From an uncultured bacterium (GTDB lineage: Bacteria; Desulfobacterota_D; UBA1144; Nemesobacterales; UBA2774): DNA of 64,000 nucleotides. The number at the start of each line of letters is the position of its first letter. Position 1 is the stretch's first letter. Below are positions 59,742 through 64,000 of this stretch, piece after piece. The stretch lies in assembly GCA_963705505.1 (NCBI GenBank), contig CAVPJU010000010.1:704001-768000 (forward strand), in the 5' to 3' direction. Both the position numbers and the translations under genes were made by a program. The notes under the pieces were generated by a model. That model was not told the origin of the DNA. It was given only the letters and a program-made list of their open reading frames with translations, and made no database searches.

Positions 59742-61166
59742 ATGCCTGCAAAAACACTTTTTAATAAGATATGGGAAGCGCATGTGGTGAACGAAGAGCC
59801 GGGAAAGCCGACACTCATTTACATCGACCTCCATCTGGTTCACGAGGTAACCTCACCCCAGGCTTTTGAGGGATTGAGGCTCTCGGGCCGGGGGGTCAGA
59901 AGGCCCGATCTTACATACGCAACCATGGACCATAACGTGCCCACGACGAACAGAGCCCTGCCTATAAAAGACCCGATCTCCGCCCAGCAGATAGAGGTGC
60001 TCAGAAAAAACTGCGAGGAGTTCGGGATTACGCTATTCGGTCTTAACATAAACAGCGATATGCAGGGAATAGTCCATGTCATAGGACCCGAGCTCGGTCT
60101 GACGAAGCCCGGGTTAACGATCGTCTGCGGGGACAGCCATACCTCCACGCACGGAGCCTTCGGGTCGCTCGCATTCGGAATCGGTACGAGCGAGGTCGAG
60201 CACGTGCTCGCAACACAGTGCCTGAGGCAGAGCCGTCCCAGGGAATTCGAAATCCGGGTAGAAGGGAAGAGAGGCTACGGTGTAACCGCCAAGGATATAA
60301 TCCTCAGCATCATCGGCCATATAGGCACTGCCGGCGCAACGGGGACAGTGGTAGAGTACCGCGGGCCGGCAATTGAAGCCCTCACGATGGAAGAGAGGAT
60401 GACCGTATGCAATATGTCGATAGAGGCGGGGGCAAGGGCCGGAATGATCGCTCCCGATGAGAAAACCTTCGAATACGTTAAAGGGCGGAGATACTCTCCC
60501 AAGGGCGCCGAGTTCGATAAAGCAGTAGAAGAATGGCGGAAGCTCAAGACGGACGAGGGCGCGACGTTCGATAAATCCTTCACGCTTGAGGCTTCCAAGA
60601 TCGCCCCTCAGGTGAGCTGGGGGACAAACCCCGGAATGGTAACTGACGTCACGGGTATAGTGCCCGACCCCGACGCAATGGACGACGAGAATAACCGCAA
60701 GGCTACAAGAAGCGCGCTCGAATACATGGGCCTTAATCCGAGAACGCCGATACGGGACATCAAGATAGACAGGGTATTCATAGGCTCGTGTACGAATGCG
60801 AGGATACAGGACCTGAGGGAAGCGGCTAAGGTAGTCAAAGGCAGGAAAGTTGCGCCTACAGTCAGGGCAATGGTAGTTCCGGGCTCGCAGCTCGTAAAAC
60901 TCCAGGCGGAAAAGATAGGCCTCGACAAGATTTTCAAGGAGGCCGGGTTCGAATGGAGGGAATCCGGGTGCAGCATGTGTCTCGGCATGAACCCCGACAT
61001 ACTCGAGCCGGGAGAAAGGTGCGCGAGCACGTCTAACAGGAACTTCGAGGGGCGGCAGGGGAAAGGCGGGAGGACTCATCTCGTAAGCCCGATAATGGCA
61101 GCCGCGGCCGCAATAGAAGGCCACTTCGTCGATGTGAGGGATTGGGACCTGCAAAAGGAAATCTAA
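59742..61166 (+). CDS. leuC: 3-isopropylmalate dehydratase large subunit
   Basis: [47 protein letters not shown]. Confidence 0.98.
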   Translation: MPAKTLFNKIWEAHVVNEEPGKPTLIYIDLHLVHEVTSPQAFEGLRLSGRGVRRPDLTYATMDHNVPTTNRALPIKDPISAQQIEVLRKNCEEFGITLFGLNINSDMQGIVHVIGPELGLTKPGLTIVCGDSHTSTHGAFGSLAFGIGTSEVEHVLATQCLRQSRPREFEIRVEGKRGYGVTAKDIILSIIGHIGTAGATGTVVEYRGPAIEALTMEERMTVCNMSIEAGARAGMIAPDEKTFEYVKGRRYSPKGAEFDKAVEEWRKLKTDEGATFDKSFTLEASKIAPQVSWGTNPGMVTDVTGIVPDPDAMDDENNRKATRSALEYMGLNPRTPIRDIKIDRVFIGSCTNARIQDLREAAKVVKGRKVAPTVRAMVVPGSQLVKLQAEKIGLDKIFKEAGFEWRESGCSMCLGMNPDILEPGERCASTSNRNFEGRQGKGGRTHLVSPIMAAAAAIEGHFVDVRDWDLQKEI

Positions 61167-61179
61167 AGGGGAATCAAGT

Positions 61180-61797
61180 ATGGAACCGCTTAAAAAAGTT
61201 ACCGGTATCGTCGCACCCCTTGACAGGATGAATGTCGATACCGACCAGATAATCCCGAAGCAGTTTTTAAAAAGGATAGAACGGACGGGCTTCGGGGAGT
61301 TTTTATTCTTTGACTGGCGCTACAACGAGGACGGCAGCGAGAACCCGGAGTTCGAGCTCAACAAGGCACATCTCAAGGGCGCCAATATACTTCTGACAGG
61401 CCACAACTTCGGGAGCGGGAGCTCCCGGGAACACGCCCCCTGGGCGCTCAGGGAATACGGATTCCAGGTAATCATAGCCCCTTCGTTCGCCGACATCTTT
61501 TATAACAACTGTTTTAAGAACGCGATACTGCCTGTAGTTCTCCATGAAGATACGGTAAAAGAGCTCTTCTCGAGAGTGAACTCGAAGAAGGGCTATAAGC
61601 TCACGGTCGACCTCGAATCCCAGAGCATGGAAGGCGAGGACGGGTGGAAAGCAAGCTTCGATATAGACCCCTTTAAGAAAAAGACGCTGCTTGAGGGACT
61701 CGACGATATAGCGCTCACGCTCCATAACGAGGACAAGATCAGGGCGTATGAGATATCCAAAGAAAGGAAATGGGCGATCCCCTCGCAACCACACTGA
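61180..61797 (+). CDS. leuD: 3-isopropylmalate dehydratase small subunit
   Basis: NVDTDQIIPKQFL, NFGSGSSREHAPWAL, SFADIF. Confidence 0.98.
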   Translation: MEPLKKVTGIVAPLDRMNVDTDQIIPKQFLKRIERTGFGEFLFFDWRYNEDGSENPEFELNKAHLKGANILLTGHNFGSGSSREHAPWALREYGFQVIIAPSFADIFYNNCFKNAILPVVLHEDTVKELFSRVNSKKGYKLTVDLESQSMEGEDGWKASFDIDPFKKKTLLEGLDDIALTLHNEDKIRAYEISKERKWAIPSQPH

Positions 61798-61809
61798 AAG
61801 GAAACCCCC

Positions 61810-62034
61810 TTACTTCCCGCGCATTAAAAAGCTGAGTATGAGGGAGAGGATTATGCTTATGAGTATCGACGACGCGAGCGGGAAATAGAAGGAGGCGTTG
61901 CCGCGCTTAAAATAAAAATCTCCCGGCAGCTTGCCTATAAACGGGATTTTAGGGGCGAAGGCGATGAGCAATCCTATGACCACCAACGTTATCCCAACTA
62001 TAATTATCAGCTTTCCGAGACCCTGAAATTCCAT
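61810..62034 (-). CDS. DUF2905 family small membrane protein
   Basis: GKLPGDF..FYFPLASSILIS signature. Confidence 0.88.
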   Translation of the reverse strand: MEFQGLGKLIIIVGITLVVIGLLIAFAPKIPFIGKLPGDFYFKRGNASFYFPLASSILISIILSLILSFLMRGK

Positions 62035-62153
62035 TCTGCATGACCCGTACGAGGACCGGATAAATTATACCATCCCGGGACTTTGCAGCCTACTGAAACG
62101 GAGGAGAAGAACCCTGGCGGCAGATGCGCATCCCACAAAAACTAGTGGAATTT

Positions 62154-62207
62154 TAGACAAATGGACTATAAGATTGTAGAATATAAACAATTGGCATAGA
62201 ATTTGAT
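62154..62207 (+). promoter_or_regulatory. rpoN sigma70 promoter with downstream sigma54-like site
   Basis: TAGACA-17-TAGAAT (62154-62182); TGGCATAGAATTTGAT (62192-62207). Confidence 0.6.
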
Positions 62208-62239
62208 GGGGATTCTAACTTGTATTGCAAGAGCCGGTT

Positions 62240-63796
62240 ATGAGCACTAATCTAAGCCAGACCACGTCACAGAGGCAGGTACTTCAGCAACGCCTCATTC
62301 TGACTCAGGAGCTTCAGCTTTTCTTGAAGCTCATCCAGATGACGACTCTTGAGCTTAAGGACTACCTGGAAGAGCAGCTGATCGAAAACCCGACACTCGA
62401 AGAGTCCGACGAACCCGCGGAGAAAAATGAAAACGGGCCCGCAGAAGAAGGGATCGACTTTAGCATGACCGGGGACAGCCGGCTGTTCGGAAACGAAAAC
62501 AGCGATATGCCCCATTACTCCTCAAGACAGTACATAGACGACGGCGAGGAGGAATCGGCCTGGGAGAACAGGATCAGCTCCCCGGATTCGCTTATAGAAC
62601 ACCTTCAATGGCAGCTCGAGGTGTCCGATTTTACAGCCGAAGAGAAACAAATAGGGTCTATCATCATTGGAAACACGAACGAGGACGGATACCTGGAAAC
62701 AGGTATCGAGGAAATCGCCGGCCTCTATCTTCACGGCGCGGATAACCGCGAAGAAGAAACGGAGGACGGTATTCCGGAATCGGGAAGCACTGAAAACGAC
62801 GCCGGTCCCGGAAAAACTTACGAGGAGCTCGTTTCCACGATCAACGATGTATTATACAGGATTCAGACTACGTTTGACCCAACGGGAACCTGCTCGAGGA
62901 ACCTGAAAGAGTGCCTCAAGATCCAGGCCCTCGACCTCGGATATAACGAAGACACCATAGAATACAAAATCATTGAAAACCATTTGGAGGACTTCGACAG
63001 CAAAGATTTCTTCGAGATCGCCGACAGTCTCGGCTGCTCGGCCGAGGAAGTCAAGGAAGCGTTTCTGGTGATATCGACTCTGGAGCCGAAGCCGGGCAGG
63101 CCCTACTACGAAAAAGACCCGGAAAAATATATAACCCCCGATTTTTATGTATATAAAGTGGGGAACGAGCTTCAGGTCCAGCTCAACCGGGATTTCCCGA
63201 AGGTGAGGATCAGCAACTACTACAGGAGCCTGCTTAAAAAGGAAAAAAGCCTGCCGCCCGACGCAAGACAGTTCCTCAAAGAAAAGATCGAAGCCGCTCA
63301 GAGGATAATGAAGTGTATGGACGAGCGCGAAGCCGCGGTTAAGAAGATAATAACCAAAATCGTTGAAGTGCAGAGGGACTATTTCGAGCACGGCAAAGAT
63401 TATATAAAGCCCCTCATTCTAAAAGACGTCGCCCAGTCGGTAGGCGTTCATGAATCCACGGTGAGCCGCATAACGAGCCGGAGATACATCCAGACGCCCC
63501 AGGGGACAATAGAGCTGAAATCGCTGTTCTCGAGGAAAATAGAGACTTCGCACGGAAAGGAAGTATCGTTCGAAAGGGTAAAATCGATGATAAGGGAAAT
63601 AGTCGCGGAGGAGATGCCGGAGAGCCCTTATTCGGATGAGGATATTTCCAAGATACTCGAGAGAAGAAATGTAATAGTCGCGAGAAGAACTGTTGCAAAA
63701 TACAGAAAAACCCTTAAAATACCATCTTCTTCCGCAAGAGCGGCACAAAAAGGGAAAAAAAGAAATGAAAGTAACAGTAACGGCGAGACATATTAG
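62240..63796 (+). CDS. rpoN: RNA polymerase sigma-54 factor
   Basis: Gln/Leu-rich region I, ENP.LE, HESTVSR, RpoN box ARRTVAKYR. Start is 62240 (ATG) or 62225 (TTG). Confidence 0.97.
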   Translation: MSTNLSQTTSQRQVLQQRLILTQELQLFLKLIQMTTLELKDYLEEQLIENPTLEESDEPAEKNENGPAEEGIDFSMTGDSRLFGNENSDMPHYSSRQYIDDGEEESAWENRISSPDSLIEHLQWQLEVSDFTAEEKQIGSIIIGNTNEDGYLETGIEEIAGLYLHGADNREEETEDGIPESGSTENDAGPGKTYEELVSTINDVLYRIQTTFDPTGTCSRNLKECLKIQALDLGYNEDTIEYKIIENHLEDFDSKDFFEIADSLGCSAEEVKEAFLVISTLEPKPGRPYYEKDPEKYITPDFYVYKVGNELQVQLNRDFPKVRISNYYRSLLKKEKSLPPDARQFLKEKIEAAQRIMKCMDEREAAVKKIITKIVEVQRDYFEHGKDYIKPLILKDVAQSVGVHESTVSRITSRRYIQTPQGTIELKSLFSRKIETSHGKEVSFERVKSMIREIVAEEMPESPYSDEDISKILERRNVIVARRTVAKYRKTLKIPSSSARAAQKGKKRNESNSNGETY

Positions 63797-64000
63797 CAAT
63801 AATCAAGACCCCGAAAAACTGAAATCCTACGCACTAAAAAAATCAACAAGGATAGAGAGGTATCTGAAGCCGGACGTAGATGCATGTGACGTGAAATTCG
63901 TCCTGTCGTCCGAGAAGTTCAGGGACACCGCGGAGATATCGATCAGCAGCAGGAATTTGAAAGCCACGAGCTCGTTCGAGACAACGGATATGTACACAGC
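63765..64000 (+). CDS. hpf: Ribosome hibernation promoting factor (HPF/RaiA), 3'-partial
   Basis: MKVTVTARH...LKSYALKK...AEI...TTDMYT; conserved position after rpoN; runs off the window. Confidence 0.88.
   Translation, partial: MKVTVTARHISNNQDPEKLKSYALKKSTRIERYLKPDVDACDVKFVLSSEKFRDTAEISISSRNLKATSSFETTDMYT

Noticed and set aside
62115..62131. Additional GG-N10-GC matches (also near 17529-17545)
   Set aside because: They lack the TTGC/TGGCAC context; matches of this quality are expected by chance.

Overview
A 64 kb window of a Gram-negative bacterial chromosome. Gene content (rpoN-hpf, ccmG/ccmH, gmhA, DUF503-rbfA-DHH-truB order) suggests a Desulfobacterota/deltaproteobacterial-type lineage, but this is inference. 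Most of the window is housekeeping: rimP-nusA-infB-DUF503-rbfA-nrnA-truB-rpsO-pnp-miaA, mutL-gmhA-yacG-efp, topA, ispG, dprA, hemW, a MacAB-TolC-type exporter, eno, leuCD and rpoN-hpf. There are two accessory blocks. (1) A ~9.5 kb Cu/Ag efflux island (4968-14491) carries cusC/B/A-like genes and five small exported proteins, with no transcriptional regulator or cusF nearby. It is headed by a secreted leader ORF with CH/CC motifs and a terminal HDPP, followed by hairpins that can occlude the cusC ribosome-binding site. This is my best candidate for an undescribed system: metal-sensing, ribosome-stalling translational control of an RND pump, by analogy with CruR/CutF. The island also has an amber codon that cuts off a His-rich tail and a yybP-ykoY-like leader. 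(2) A ~5 kb insert between dprA and topA carries two atypical LuxR regulators (one behind a sigma54 site), an OmpA-partner pair and ugd. Other notable items: an EF-P with a non-canonical KMAQRS loop, two mosaic clusters of palindromic repeats with shared order, a sigma54-like site over the rpoN transcription start, and apparent frameshifts (FG-GAP lipoprotein, miaA end, possibly rpoN end) that may be assembly errors. I found no rRNA, tRNA, CRISPR array, transposase or integrase. All calls come from reading the sequence by eye; no searches were run.
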